A stretch of DNA of 62,838 bases, counting the filler, from Platydemus manokwari (Eukaryota), in assembly GCA_037951405.1 (NCBI GenBank). It is 6 parts of 6 records of this genome, joined end to end, with 100 filler letters (N's around TTAATTAATTAA, not from the genome) between each part and the next. Parts side by side here need not be neighbours in the genome. Positions count along the whole stretch, not along the records: positions 10,346 to 19,353 come from JBBMOY011314983.1; positions 19,454 to 32,831 come from JBBMOY011748063.1; 4 more parts are not named here. One strand, written 5' to 3'. The notes below the pieces were generated by a model. That model did no database searches. It was given only the letters and a program-made list of their open reading frames with translations, and was not told the origin of the DNA. Shown here in pieces: positions 12,095-26,560 of the stretch; within the stretch, counting starts at the first letter, position 1; the number at the start of each line of letters is the position of its first letter. The translations under genes were made by a program, and so were the position numbers.

Positions 12095-13853
12095 TAAAAC
12101 TTAGCTTACAACTGGCAGTTAGATATCTTTACATTAATATTTATACTTAAAATCTGTGTGCAATGTGTATCCCGTTTTGATTTGATCTTTATTTTCACAA
12201 GTTTGATTTATTGATTTTGTGTACTCGGGAATAGTCAATTCCTATATGTGTGTTACTGTGTGGTTGTGTTCATTTTTCATAGAATTTTCCATTTACGTCT
12301 GCTGCGAATTGTTGGTTGCTATGCCTGTATGGTTATATAGATATTCAAATGCTAAAAATACTAAAATAAGGGTTCCATCGTACGAAGTCTTTTAACTTTC
12401 TTGAGATTTTGTCTCAATTCAAAACTGTCAATTAAACAAAAATCAATAATTTAATTTTACAAACAGTTTTTTTAAACATCGCATCACAGTGAAACACTAA
12501 ATTTATCTCAACATTGTCTTTTTTTCGAAAAATAGGTGGACATAGTTATATGATCTTTATATGATTTTTAAACTATTGCTCAGTATGGAAGCTTCCAAAA
12601 GAAATAAAGGCTCCTGCAACCAGTAGAACACCTATTTTGACTCACTATACACATACATAACTATGCAATTATACAGAAGCAAAGTTATAAAACCGATTAC
12701 AATGGGAAAGAGTTTGGAAATACATTAACAGTAGACAGATAGATATAAACCATGTTCTTTCCAATTTTTGTTGTTAATATGTGAAGGTCGTTAATCTTAA
12801 TTAAGAAAAGTTTCATGATTCATCAGACGTTCCCATTCTTCTTGAAGGAATTCTTATTATCTCTCAAGTCAATGATTTCCTTTGAAGCTTTAAATTGCTT
12901 CTGACCTCAAGAGATACAGCATAGACTTTTATAGTGGCTAGTTATATTTAAAGACTCAAGGATTTTCCACTAAAAATGGAATTTTAAAGGTGATATATTT
13001 ACAAAATATTCATTAGATTGATGACATTGGGTGATCTGAGAGTATTCTTAAGTTTCACTGCTGGCTCCCTAATTATCTTAGAGAAATAGCACAATCAATT
13101 CTAAGTTGCGATATATTGTAGAATAAAATCTGGTCAATTTTCATTTCTTGGGTCAAAACTTTATTTCTTGATTAGAGAAATATTATTTCTTTTATACCAC
13201 AAGATTTTTCGTAACTTGCCACTTGAAAACTCCTTAGTATATGCTTTCCATTAATATTTTTTCTTATAAACATTTTATTAGAAAATGCACCATAAAGTTT
13301 TTAAAATACTGAGATAATTTTTAATCGCTCCATTTAATTAACTTTTTAATTGATTCATTGTACCAATAACAATGAATCTGTACAGTCATCTTGTGGTTGG
13401 GATCTACTTCTGAACGGCTAAATAATTAGTGACTTCAAAAATCGAAGGTTGTGGACTTCATTTCTAATCCGCATACTAAACAGTAGACTCACAAAATAAT
13501 AAAGATAAAATAAAACTTGATTCACAGTTAATACTCGTACTAGTCAAAAAACGTAACAAAAAACCTGGCTTCCAACTAGCAGTTGGTCATGTTTACATTG
13601 GTATTTATACTCGAGATTTGTGTGCGATTTTTGTGTCATGTTTGTATCACAATTTGATTTTGTCTTTATTTTCCCATGTTTCTATTGGGGTTATTATTTT
13701 TGGTATGACTGAAATTTTTCAATTACTATTTATGTGTTGTTGTGAGGTTATGTCCCTTTTCCAACTTCCGTTTACCATCTAACTCCTCTGTGATTGGTTG
13801 ATTACCATGCATGTATGGTTGTGTAGGCAAGTAAATGTTTAAAGGGTTCCAAG
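12095..13853. repeat. Two diverged direct copies of an LTR-like repeat (~12095-12380 and ~13560-13853)
   Basis: Collinear shared blocks: gctt.caact.gcagtt, tttacatt..tatttatact, tttgat...tctttatttt, atgc.tgtatggtt.t.tag, aagggttcca. Confidence 0.55.
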
Positions 13854-14224
13854 ATGCAAATCTGCTTTTCGTTTGCAAACTTTCATCTCAACTATTGCAC
13901 CAAAATAATTCACTTTTATGATATCCAAACCTAATATAAATCCAAACGAGTAAAATTAAAAAACTATTTAAATTTAAAGCATAATTGGAATTTGAAATAA
14001 AAAATTTTCTACAAAAATAATAAGGCTTTTTCATTAAAGCAGTAGTAAGAATTAACAGAGTCTTTGTTAGTTTACAATCCAATAGATTATTCCCAGTAAC
14101 ACCTGTTAGTGTTTTATGTATGACAAATAGAATACAACAGCCTATACCAAAAAGACAATAAATATGTTAGACCCTACTAAGTTTTTCAAAGGCATTATTG
14201 ATTGACAAGGCAAAATTGATTGAT

Positions 14225-14720
14225 CGTATGACCTTTGGTTGAAGATTTGTGTTGAAGTCTCTTGAAGTGACTGACCTATCAACTTTCGAAGGTAAGATCA
14301 AAGCTTATCATGGTTATAAGGAGCAAAGGGGGATCAGTGTTCGATTCCGGAGAGGAACCCTAAGAAACAGCTGCCACATCTACGTAAGGCAGCACACTCG
14401 CAAATTCCCGATATGTGACGAAAAATGTAGTGACAAAAAATAACAATATGATCCCTATGCAATTAGAAATTTTAAATACTTTATCAAGTATCAATTAGAG
14501 AGCAAGTCTAATACCAGCAGCCGCGGTAATTCCAGCTTCAATAGCGTATATAAAGTTGTTGCAATTAAAATCTCGTAGTTGAAATTTAGGATACAATATT
14601 ATTAGAAATCTATGATTCATAATCGTTTTGTCCATCACCATCGAGCATGTTGTCGGGTACCTTTATTGTACCTCGATAATAATCAACAAGTTTACTTTGA
14701 AAAAATTAGAATGCTTAAAA
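14225..14720 (+). pseudogene. Degenerate 18S rRNA fragment (~0.5 kb, 5' third of SSU)
   Basis: Conserved SSU motifs in order: CCTATCAACTTTCG, GTTCGATTCCGGAGAGG, AAGGCAGCA, GTAGTGAC, CCAGCAGCCGCGGTAATTCCAGCT, AAAGTTGTTGC, CTCGTAGTTG, TTTACTTTGAAAAAATTAGA. Many substitutions and deletions at invariant positions; no flanking rDNA. Confidence 0.93.
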
Positions 14721-16559
14721 ATCTAATTTTGAAAAACTTTGTCGATTTTGAATTTAAAAAATATTTTGATGAAACAATTTTTTTATAAAACTTCATTATG
14801 GAGTTTTTCAATGTTGTGCAGATATTGATATATAATAAAAGGTAATTGAATATAAAGCAATATATCGATGCATAAGTTCTTGCGGATTTTTACTGATCAA
14901 GAATAAAAACCGTGCAAAAAATTCCAGATAACAAAATGAATTTATGAAATCATTAGAAAAAACAAATATCTCAGTCTCAATTGGTGAAATATTCTCGGCC
15001 ACAATCAATCACTTCCTTCCACCGTTATGGCAGTTTGTCAATCACACGTTTGAAGAAGCTTTGTGATTTTTGGTCGAAAAGTTTTTCAATCTACGTTGTT
15101 ATTGCTTCTTCGTTTTCAAATGTGAGACCAGAAATATGGTTCGACATGGAGAATAAAACCGAGTCGTTAAGTTAGAGTAGTTCTAAACTTAACATTTACA
15201 TTTATCCAAGGCTTTAATGATTATTATAATGTTTTACATGGTTTACATAGCAACATTATTTCTTAGGTTTCTTTATCAAGTTTCGTATAAATATGGACCC
15301 TAAAATTTATTATAAACAAATAAGGCTTGCATGTCTAAAAAAGTCTCAAAGAAAGTCACTGGATGGGTAATCACTTAAAAATTACCCCAAACCCAAAACA
15401 TCCTTTGTCTCACAGTACAAAGGTTTCATACTTTTAGTTAAAATTTCTGTGATCCATTTTGATAAAGAGATTATTATTTCCTCATCGGATACAATTTTAA
15501 TGGTTTGATTTCATGTTTCTCTAGCATCGGATGAGTATATGAAACTTTTGTTATTGCGATAATTTGTATTATTCAATATGAATACAGTTGTTTGTTGAGT
15601 CTTCAAAATGGTCTAAAATTGGTGAAAAAATTAATATTTGAAGTCAACAATTTTAAAATTTAATGATTAAATAGCTACAGTGTAGAGTTTGAAATTTATT
15701 TTTGAAAACTGACTCAGATGTTGGTTATTTGGCAGGTATTGACTAAGAAGTTTATTAATAATTATCATTAATAATAAACTACTTGAATTTATTATATGAA
15801 TAAGACAAAGAAAATACTTGATTATCGATATACTATTTCAAACAATGATCGATATCATTAATTAAATTCAAAATATTACAATAATTAGATTAAATTAAAT
15901 TAATTAAACTTCAGCTCATTTGGTTGACAATAAATTTTATTGAATGAAATAAATTCCTTCTTTCTACTAAAGGCCATGAAATAATATCGCTGAGTCAGGA
16001 GCAAAGAACACTGTGCAGAATATTAGATTTCGCTCATCGCCGAATTAATATTGTAAATTTCCTATTATAAATGGATAAATGAATTATGAGATAAACTAAA
16101 TAAATTTATTGATATACCAATTGAATATTTGTTATCGTAATATTGATCCTCAAATGTGTGCTACGTTTCGGCGTCTAAAAGAACATAAACTAATTTATTT
16201 TTCGTCACTTGTGGGTGATAGTATGGTAAGGAGTTAATATTTGTCGTTTTAAGATGAGAATAGATTGTTATAAATACTCAATACAACTACTTTTGAGAAA
16301 TTACTTACGAACTATTATAATTGTTACCAACTGAGATATTGATTGTAAATCTGACGTATTCGAATACTAACAGTTTGACATTGTTCCTATGCTTTGCAAT
16401 TAATTAGCATTGGATCGTTGGATTTTACAAATATAGTTATTTTGACCAACAATTCCAAAAATATTTGTGCTTGTCTTATTTTTGGGGATTTTATTTTTGC
16501 TCAATGCATTGTTTAAGATATATAGAATGCCGTTATTTTTTGTCAGTTGACTTCATGCA

Positions 16560-16990
16560 TACTGTGTTTTTTCTATTATAAGCGGTATCCCGAATATAAG
16601 AGGTAGCGTGTTTTTTTGCTTGTAAAAAATGAGCGGCCTTCCGAATATAAACCGAATCTACAAGAAATAGTCAAGCGGGTTAGTAAAGCTTTGAAGGCTG
16701 CTTATCTGAACAAGTCGGCTTCATTCGAAGAAAGTTTCACAGCAAAAAAATGAGAGATTACGAACACTTATCAAAGATAAACTTAATTCACAGAAATTCA
16801 TTGAGTGTTCAAAATCTTGTTTTTTTTTAAGATGCCGCAGAAGAGGACGATTTAACTGTGTTTGATTAAAATGCCTGTATTTTTTTAAACATTTGAAATA
16901 TTATAATATATCATAATATGATATATTATGATTTTTTAAATAATCAGTAAAAAATATAAGCGGTGCCCTACAATTTTCGTCGGAAAATAA
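16560..16990. mobile_element. Possible Tc2/pogo-type non-autonomous element
   Basis: Repeated subterminal (CGAA)TATAAGCGG-like motifs at ~16577, 16590, 16642 and 16953, as seen in Tc2-like ends; termini eroded. Confidence 0.35.
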
Positions 16991-19282
16991 TATTTGTTGA
17001 ATTGGAAATATTCGAAGTTACTTTTGTTAGAAAAATTAAACAAACACGACGTTGAACTGAAAAAGATTACAAATGATTTTTTGATCTGAAATTTAAAACA
17101 TGTTCATTATGGCATTCATTATGGTTAAAATGAACTTGATCTAGCAATTGTAGGGTAAATTATTATGATCAACAAATAAGGTATTGGTGGGTGAAATAGA
17201 AACAATGAAGATACTTTCACTGTGGAATTGTTGTAAACTGGAAGAAAACTTTAAAATTCCCAAAAATTATTAATTTTTACTGATTCGGATATTGCTTGTC
17301 TTGTATCAGACATAGACTATTAACCCTGACCTACTTAAATAATTAATAAATCAATTATTAATATAAATATTTACGTGAAAATAATTTATAAATTATAGAC
17401 AAATTATTGTTTAATTTCGAATGACAAATAGAAAGTACAAAAATAAATGATTCATGGGAATAAATTTCACAGTTTATTTTGAATATTATAAAAAATAGCC
17501 AAGATTAATTATGTTTCAATGATTCAGTAATTATAAATATGCGAATATTTACTATTAAACGATTATAGATCTTGACGACACAAATCCTTCGCTACACCCG
17601 TCGATTCACTTAAGTGAGAAAGGCGAGTTTTTTCAAATATCTTGATTTTGTATATATTTGGCGAGATTAAAAATATAAACAATAAAACACTATAAATATT
17701 TAATTCATCTAATTCAGATAATTACCATTATATACCATTATACATCAAATTTTCAGAACTATAATCATTTGCAACAATCCATAATAGATTAGTTTAAATG
17801 AAGACTATTAAAACTTGAAAAAATTCTAGTTTACTTTCTAAAAATAAAATAGTTTCACTGTCCTGGATTTAAGGTTCAAAAACAATGCTGTTAAAAATAA
17901 CTCATATCAATGTTTATTGTTACATTTATCGATTGGTAAGTTTGTTTTTGAAATGACGCATCAAATCAATGAGTAGTGGTAACGGTTTTAAAATATTATG
18001 AGTCAGCGATATTTTTTTTCATAAACCACATCTTAAATAATTCACTTCAAAACAGCTGAACAGATCGATATATGACTTTTTGTTGTTATGATCAGACTAT
18101 CAAAGAATCACTTATTTTTAGTTTTGTTTTAATATTTTACAAATTTCACATTTCATAACTTGAAAAAAACAATAATATTTTCGTATATTTTCCCCTTATA
18201 ATAACAAAAGTTATTTTAGGCCTTAATTTAACGTTTGATTTCAACTGGAATCGTGAGAGACAGGATAGTATCAGATACTTTGGTTAAATGAAAATATATG
18301 CGGTAATATCCGCTATTTGAAATTCAATGCATTATGATTACTACTCTTTCGTTTACACTCAAGTGTAAAATTTTTCCATTTTGGAAATATTTATAATATC
18401 AACCATTTGCACTAGGATAATTTTCTTGTCAAAGAAATAACTATAAACCGAAATCAATCAAACATAGAATTGCGTGTAGCTGAAATCAAATTGCAATGTA
18501 GTTGTTCTGAACTGCAGTGCAAATGTTTTGAATTGTAAATATCCCAGTGACCAAAAAATCATTTCTATCTATGAATATTTTGAAAACTAAGAATTTTTTT
18601 AAACATTTAGAAACTATCTAATAACTGTGATGAAATTTGTTGATAAAGAAAATATTATATGGGTTAATATAATAAATATAATCGATGTGTGCTTATTTTA
18701 TTATGTATAGGATTGGACAAGTGTTCTAATAATTTTTGTTTTCAAAATAAATGCCAAAATATGATTCTTATGAGATTCCTTTTTAAGACGGTAGCTTTAT
18801 TATCATAAAGACGTTTTCAGATATTGAGATTTTTAATTTTAAAAAAAGTAAAAAAGTTTCAAAGTTGAATATCTGCATAATTTGACCATCTTTCAAAATT
18901 ATCTTTACAGTTATCAAAAAGTATCGATTAAATTACAACGGTGAGAGTTGCGAGGATTTATTTATTGAACTCTTAACAAATCTAACCGGCATGTGTGGAA
19001 CATTCGTTAGTCATGCACAAATGCAAATTACGAATATTAAAATTGAGATTTTAAATAATTACAAAAAACATTCATGAATTGAAAATGTTTTAATTTTAGA
19101 AACAATAAAGAGAGGTCAAATTAATCACTTTTTAATCATACCAAAACAAGAACAAACCCAAAAACATAAATATCGATATTTGTTACCGAAACATGCAGAT
19201 AAAAATTAGTTGTTGATAAATAAAGTTCATAATTGAGACTAAAATGGTAACAAAGATTTCGATTCATGGAAACTTGGACATA

Positions 19283-19353
19283 CCAGGTTGAGTCAAAAGT
19301 TATTCATGTTTTTATGCAGGTATTTTATTAACACAAATTGTTATAACGCTGAA
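19283..19353 (+). mobile_element. Tc1/mariner-type transposon end, cut by spacer
   Basis: TA (19281-82) + CCAGGTTGAGTCAAAAG...; identical to the reverse complement of 1-71. Confidence 0.6.
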
Positions 19354-21249
19354 NNNNNNNNNNNNNNNNNNNNNNNNNNNNNNNNNNNNNNNNNNNNTTA
19401 ATTAATTAANNNNNNNNNNNNNNNNNNNNNNNNNNNNNNNNNNNNNNNNNNNNATATATATTTATATATGCTTGTATATACGTAAAATACTAATACCAGT
19501 TAAACCATCAAGAGAAAATCCGTCGAAATTCCCTAAAATAATAATTTAATTTATAAAATATTAATTTTCATCTATTTTCGCGCATGTAAATTCTATCACA
19601 GAATAAAATAATCACTCCATTAAATCAATCCAGAGATATTTTCTCTGTCTAATAAATATGTTAAAAGAGAATTTATCTCATCAGTGAATAAATTCACTGG
19701 CTTTCGATTTAATCACAGAGAATATCTGTGACTGATTCACGCTGCCTATATAAGGCAGTAATCACAATTAACTGCAATTATTTTTCGCAATCAAAATTTC
19801 ACCCATCACAATTTTATACGCTACATCAATTGGAGAAGAATTTAAATTTCAATTCGACGCACTACAGAACGATGATTACCAACCAAAAGACACCCAAGTG
19901 GTCTTGAAATCCAACTACTCTTATAAGTTTATCGTAGGTGTTCAGAGTTTTGATTTTCATTTGATAAATTCATTTATACATTGATTTGTTTAGCAGTTTC
20001 TCTCGTCAATAACTAATATCAGTGTTTGTTGCCATTAGTAAGTATGCGCTAGTCGATTATTAAATTCCAAATATGGATTGATATTTAGAAGGAATGTGAT
20101 TGTATCAAAATTTTGAAGGTTATTTCCGGGGTTTTCGTGAACATTTTGGTGGTTACCTAATAATAAGAAAAGCACCAATTAGAATTAACTATATTAAATT
20201 ATTATATAAACTTTAAATTTTATAAACATTAATGGAGAAAAAGTAAATATTTTTCGGTTTAATAAATGTTAAATATATCCATTAATAAAAATGCATTAAA
20301 TCACTCCCGCTAAAAAAGATAGCAGATAATATTTTCATTGAACTTTTCGTAAATAATTTGTAGAATGATAGATATATTTCCATGTCCGCATTGTAGGTTT
20401 AATAATTCAAAATACAAAATGTGAGAATTTGAAGAAAATTTCCGATGGAAAAGATTTGTTTCATAATTTGAAATAATATTTAAATTTATAATTTTACTGT
20501 TTTTTTTAGAAAACTAAAAATGGTAAACAAACTGGAAATAATCGCAATTTTTATTCTAAATTTTCTCGATTCAACAAATAATTGTTCGTTCACAACTCGA
20601 TGATACTGCAAAGGGATTAAAGAAAATAATAAAGTTAAAAGAGTGTTTTGTTAATTTGAAACTCAAACGCTACCAAAGAAACTTTCCTCTTAAATTGCAG
20701 TGAAAGAATTTCGAATCCCCCGATGAAACACAGATAATAATGAACAACAGATAAACAGATCTGTTTATCATCCTTTCAGTATTTTATAGTATTAAGATGT
20801 AATGTTGCTCTATTAGTCGATTATTCAAACATTATAAGTCTTAGGTTGATAAATGTGGCTCCAAGAAGTCCATATAGCTCTTTGTTGCTACGATAGCGAC
20901 TCTTATTAAAGTTTAAAGTTTTTGCCCATGGAACGTTTGTACCTCACCTGCGTACATACCGTATTATCGAGAATGAACGTTGAAGGAGGTTCTAGAGAAA
21001 CTATGAATACAGGTCACGTGTGTTATACTCATTTTCACTATGGGTGCAACTTCATGCTGTTGTTGATTTGTACAAAATCTGTGCAGAAGTTTCGACTTTG
21101 TGTTTGATCATGCATGTCAGGATTTCTATAAAAATCAGATTTTTATTAACCTTTTAAAATTGTTTGGACATTAAATTTCAGACTTTGAAATTAAATTTAA
21201 TTAAATATTTTAATAATAATATCTACTTTTCATTTCAATATCATTTAAA

Positions 21250-22690
21250 CTCAGACTTACGAACCGAAAACTTAAATTCCAGCAATCTGGTATTTTTAAA
21301 CAATAACGTAAGAATAACAGAATAAATAAAGCTGGTTTTCTATTAGCTTGTCATAATGCTTGAGTTAAACGAGCATATCAAGAGAGTGAATTCATTAAAA
21401 ATTTAAAAGAAGTTAAAATATTGAATCCAAGTAATACAAAACTGTATGGATAACACAGGTTCCTATGTCAAATAGGACAGTTGAGTGTCGCATTAATGCA
21501 ATCAGTAAAAATACTTCAAATACTTTGATTTATGACTTGCCAAATTGTTCGAAATTTAGCTCAGCCCTTGATGATTGTGCAAATATTCACGATGTTCTAT
21601 AATTGATCATATTTTTTTATTTGCCCTTATTGATCCAACACGTGATAATGAAGTTAGACAGGCATTTGATGAAGTAATGGAAAGATTTGCATTGCCTCGT
21701 AATAAGCCTGTGTTTGTATTGGTGATGAAAATATTAAGTCTCATTGAGGCTTTATCAGGTGTACCGGTATGAAAAGATCTTAAAATTCCACATTTTTGTA
21801 GTTTCATTGCATAATTTACTTTGACCATCTCACCTCGATGTACTTTCAATACCAAGATTTATTAAAGGTTGTTTCGTAAATAGGGCACTTAATCTAGACA
21901 CTCTCAATTCAAAAAATGGTTTTCGATGATTTGCAAGTGAATGATGAAATAGATAAATTGCTCAGTGATTTGTCATTATACTGTGTTGTATGGTAGTTGT
22001 CCACTAATGGCATTTTTAAATGGTTTGTGGAACTAGTAAATTTCATCATAAAATTTACAAAAGAAAAGACAAAAATATTCAGAATTTCAGATTTGGCCTT
22101 CTAACTTAATGTTCCTTATATATGCGTTAGAACGTTCTCAAACACTTAACTTGGCTTTAAAAGGAAAAAGAAAAGCATTACTGATTTATCACCTTGCTGT
22201 GTTCAGTTTTCAAGCAATATTTCGATTATTTACTTAACAACTTAAGAACAAAATATTTAATGGTTTTCCACCAGTAAAAGCTGATGTAATTGATATGACA
22301 AGAAAAAATAGATGAATAAAAAGAATTAAAAGCAAATTTCAAACAAATTCAAAGTTTTGAAATTTCTGGAATCTATATTTGCAAATTTTTGAAACTCGGT
22401 TATCTAGTCTCATTTAGTGCCTTTATTTAGTGATATCTTTGGAGATTTCCGGTTTCTGAAATAATATTTACTGAAAAAGGCAATTATGGAATTGTAGTTA
22501 TTAAGAATGAAATAGTATCAAGCATTATATATGTTAAACAGAGTCTCTTCTAAGATTGAATATTAGAAACTGAGGCCAGAACAAGTTTTGAATCTTTGTA
22601 CTCTATAGAGGTATTCTTCAAGTCGAAACATAGTTCAAACTTGTCCAATCAACATCTTACAGAAGTTTAAACCCAATTTTAAAAATTTGC
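21250..22690 (+). mobile_element. Degenerate hAT transposase (Buster/SPIN, GTF2IRD2-like)
   Basis: Ordered motif remnants: KFSSALDD (cf. FSLALDES), RHSQFK, SDLSLYCVVW*LS (cf. YxxVRWLS), DLAF, LNLALKGK, KSKHSSNLSNQHL (cf. KSKxRSxLTDxHL). Confidence 0.7.
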
Positions 22691-23089
22691 GCTAAAGTTA
22701 AAAGAAGAATCCTAAAATGAAATTTTAAATGTGTGGAGTGTATTGCAAAAATCTATATAGTTATTTAATTAAATTCTTTAAAAACATTTTGAATTTTTTA
22801 TTTAATCACTTAAAAAGAATTTTAGTTGTTAAGAATCAAATATTAAATACACAGGAGTTTTAAGATCTACAAAAAATCAATTATTTCAAAAAGCAATTAA
22901 TTGAAAATTAACGAGAACTACTTTTTTAATATTGTTTTATGAAAAGTGTCTTGAATATCATTGAGGAGTGCCTGGAACTGGGTGCTTGTATTTGTATCTC
23001 AAAATAAGTATATTAATATATATTTAGAAGATTGGATACATGGATCCAAAACTCGTCGATAATATACTAAAACGAAAATTTTATTCAAA

Positions 23090-23560
23090 TCACATAAATA
23101 GTACAGGGGGAGAGGCCATAAATATATCAGGAGTTTGGGAATTTGAACAGGGACTTGGTTCAACAATTCGACCTTGTCCCTTTTCGACATTCTGAATAAG
23201 GTATTTTTGGTGCACGGGACTCGCACAAATTTTATGAGCAAAATGACCTCAATAATCCAACTAACAGTCAACAAATATTGACAATTTTTATTAAAATAAA
23301 ACTAAGAATTTAAAATTTTTTATTAAGGTACAAAATTTGCAGATTTCACATCCATAAATAAATAGCTCGGCAGAGAAAAATAATTGGAAGCCAAAATATT
23401 GTTGTAGAAATTGATGAACCCTATTTTGGAGGAGCCAAATCTAATTTCGGTCGTCGAAGATGCGGTATTCGAGTTGTAAGAAAAATTGCTTCCTATTCTT
23501 AGTCCGCAACCGAAGCGCATAGACTCTAAAACCAATAAATACAAGTTAAATAGACAATAT
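23090..23560 (+). mobile_element. Merlin (IS1016/ISXO2-like) transposase remnant
   Basis: GTWFNNSTLSLFDIL followed by KIIGSQNIVVEIDEPYFGGAKSNFGR, matching the Merlin IGG..VEIDES.F..RKYN.GR motif. Confidence 0.75.
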
Positions 23561-26129
23561 ATATTTATAATGATACTTTTATTTCATTGTATGTTTGTGA
23601 AATCATGATCCATAATATATCAGAATTGTTAGAGTTGTTTTGTCTTTATAATCTAAAATTGAATTTTAAGTAAAAATTTCATTACATTTTGATTAAAAAT
23701 AAACTTTTTATTAAATTATGCTCGAAAATACATTACATTAAAATTGGGTCAAAGGACCCTTTTCTTAACTTAAGTCAAAATTTCACCCAAGATTGTCACC
23801 AGATGTTTATTTTTCATTAATAAATATATTTTTATTATATTTGAGTTTTATTACTGAAATTTTTCATCATTATATTTTTTTATAAATGTTCATATATATG
23901 ACATGTAATAATTACCATAAAATAAAATTTTTTGAATTTATGTACTTACATATGGCTCTTCATAAAAGTAACTAACCAGACTGAGGCTCTCTTCAGTCTC
24001 ATATGCGCTGATAAATGTTATAAGCCGTAAATTTTAAATAAATAAATGTTTCTTTGTAATTTGTTTATCCACATCAATAATAAATAAAAAATCAACACAA
24101 ATGGAGAACACCTCGTTATATATTAATTATCATATATGAATTTTGGCTTTACGATTGAAAATAATATTTTTAAATAAAATTTAATTTGATTATTAAAGTT
24201 TTATGTTTCCAATTTAATTATCAACTTTAATATTCAAAACAGATTGTGTATAATTATTTAATGATAAACTTATTCGATACATTTAATAAAGCGTAAAACA
24301 CATGATAGTTAATGGAATTTTTTTTATAATTTTGAAATGAATGTTTTGAATTTTTATTTTAGTAAATAGTTTTTTGAATATCAATACATAATAATATTAA
24401 AACAATTTATTAAATTTTGATATTCGTATATTATTAATGAATGATGATTAAATTACTGAATTTACTTTCGACTAATCGGTATTGTGCTTGTTCTAGAATT
24501 TAACATCTAATAATTTCTACATTTATTAAATATTATTAGATTGCTCTCAGATTTGATTACCCGAAATTTTTTCTAAAAAAATTCGTTTTATAGTTCGAAT
24601 TGAGAATCCAACTGTAAAATGAGAGTATTTATAATCAAATCAATATTTAATTAAAACAATATATTGATAGACATTTAAAAAAAATCATTTTTAATATTCA
24701 ATAATTTAAATTAATGGCTCTTTTAATATCATTTTTCAATGTTTTGTTTTGGATACTCCCCTATAATCACCTGTATTGAAATAGGTGTATATATCAAGTT
24801 TTGGATAGAAATGATCTTCAACAAACAAAATGAGATGAATTCCATGAAATATTATATTTTTGAGGAACTTATGAACTTCAGAAACACGGAATTTTCATTT
24901 TTAATAGAATGACAGATAGCAATGCGATAATTTTTTCATTGACCGTGGATGATTTAATTTATTAAATAATTCAATTCATTGGGTTAGATTCGTCAAAATG
25001 AAAGGAGACAGCCAGCTCGAATTTGATTATTTTAACAGTATGGTACAAAGTCGTGGAAAATAAGAAAAAAAAATTATATATCTGTTCATAATGTTATTGA
25101 TGGCGTATAATCACGTCCAGTACTGGAAGATAAAGATTTGAACAATATAGATGATAAATTAAAAAAATTTGTCATCCAAATTAGTCCAGGAATTGCATTT
25201 AATGACATCTCCCGTTCAGTTCGATATATTCGAGCTTAAAGAATCATACTTTATGAATGGAAGAAGTGCAAAAACTGATAATTATTAATTTATCTATAAC
25301 CACAAAACTACTTTAGCTGAAACTATAGGAGAAGTAAGAAGGAATTAATAAACGATATCACTTAATTAATCTAATTGATGTATTTTCATAATTTACTAAA
25401 ACCACAGGCCAGTAAAATATTTCTGATGAGTAAAAACATAAATTCCACACGATTTACTCAAATAGGAATATTTTTTTGACAGATAAAATCGGAATAAAGT
25501 CTGGTCTATGTGGAGATTGTAAAAATTTTATAAATAATTATTTATAATTTTCTTAAAATGAATGATAAAAATCACAGTTAAAATTCACATTTCACAAAAT
25601 AGTTGAAACTAACATGTATTGCATCCTATTCTGAGAAGATCAGTTCCAGAAATGTATAGAATATATAGAGAAGATTAGGAAAATAGATGTATATAAATTA
25701 TATAAATTAATAGCACATAAAATGTAGAAAAATAGATAATTTAATGCATGAGATTTGAATAAAATCATATATTTCATTGAAACGAGAATGCGAAGTTTTA
25801 AAGTTCTTGCGAATGAGTTTTAATCATTTTATATAAATAAATGATTACAAATACATTTAAATAATTTGTTTGAGTGATTGACTAAATATACTTTTTTGGT
25901 TGAACTTCTTAAGTTCGTCTAGTGAAACAGTATAAGTTAATATTTTTACCAATTTACTAATTTATCCAATCAATTTAATAAAACTACAATTATAAAAGTA
26001 ACTAAAACCAGAATTTGTTATGTAATCCTTTATCAATACTCGGTAATTTTTCTACAAAACAAAATCGATTATATCCAATAAATTTTTTCAAATTTTCAAC
26101 TTATAAAGTAATGCAACTCGACTTCAATT

Positions 26130-26560
26130 TTGGAATCGCCATGGATCACTTTATATATTCACACTGAAAAACATTCTCGATAGTATTTTGAAATGAAGAA
26201 TACTTAGTAATGTAATTTGAAATTTCGTCATCTTATCGTAATTTTCTCAAATTGTGTATTATAGCGTTATCCTTAAACACATACGGAGGTCTTAATTGCC
26301 TTTTCGACATAATCAGCCTTAGGATTTCTAAAGGGGTCTTGAAAAATATTTTTTAACTCTAAGCACAAAATGTTTCTTCTTCTGGGTGATTTTCCTCTCC
26401 AACCTGTACTGTTTAATACTACGAGTCCGGTTTCTATCATCAAAGTTTTTATCGTCATCACTCGATATTAGATTTCGAAAGCTTGGTACATATAGTTTCC
26501 CGATTTCTAAAGTTGCTTTATAATTCTTTGGCTTAGGTTTCACGGTTATTGATTTAAGGT
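26130..26560 (-). mobile_element. Tc1-like DDE transposase remnant
   Basis: Minus strand DNAIIH...KYSSFQNTIENVF, matching DNAxxH...PYSPxLNPIENxF. Confidence 0.55.

Noticed and set aside
14249-14443. 64-aa ORF
   Set aside because: Chance frame over the 18S pseudogene.
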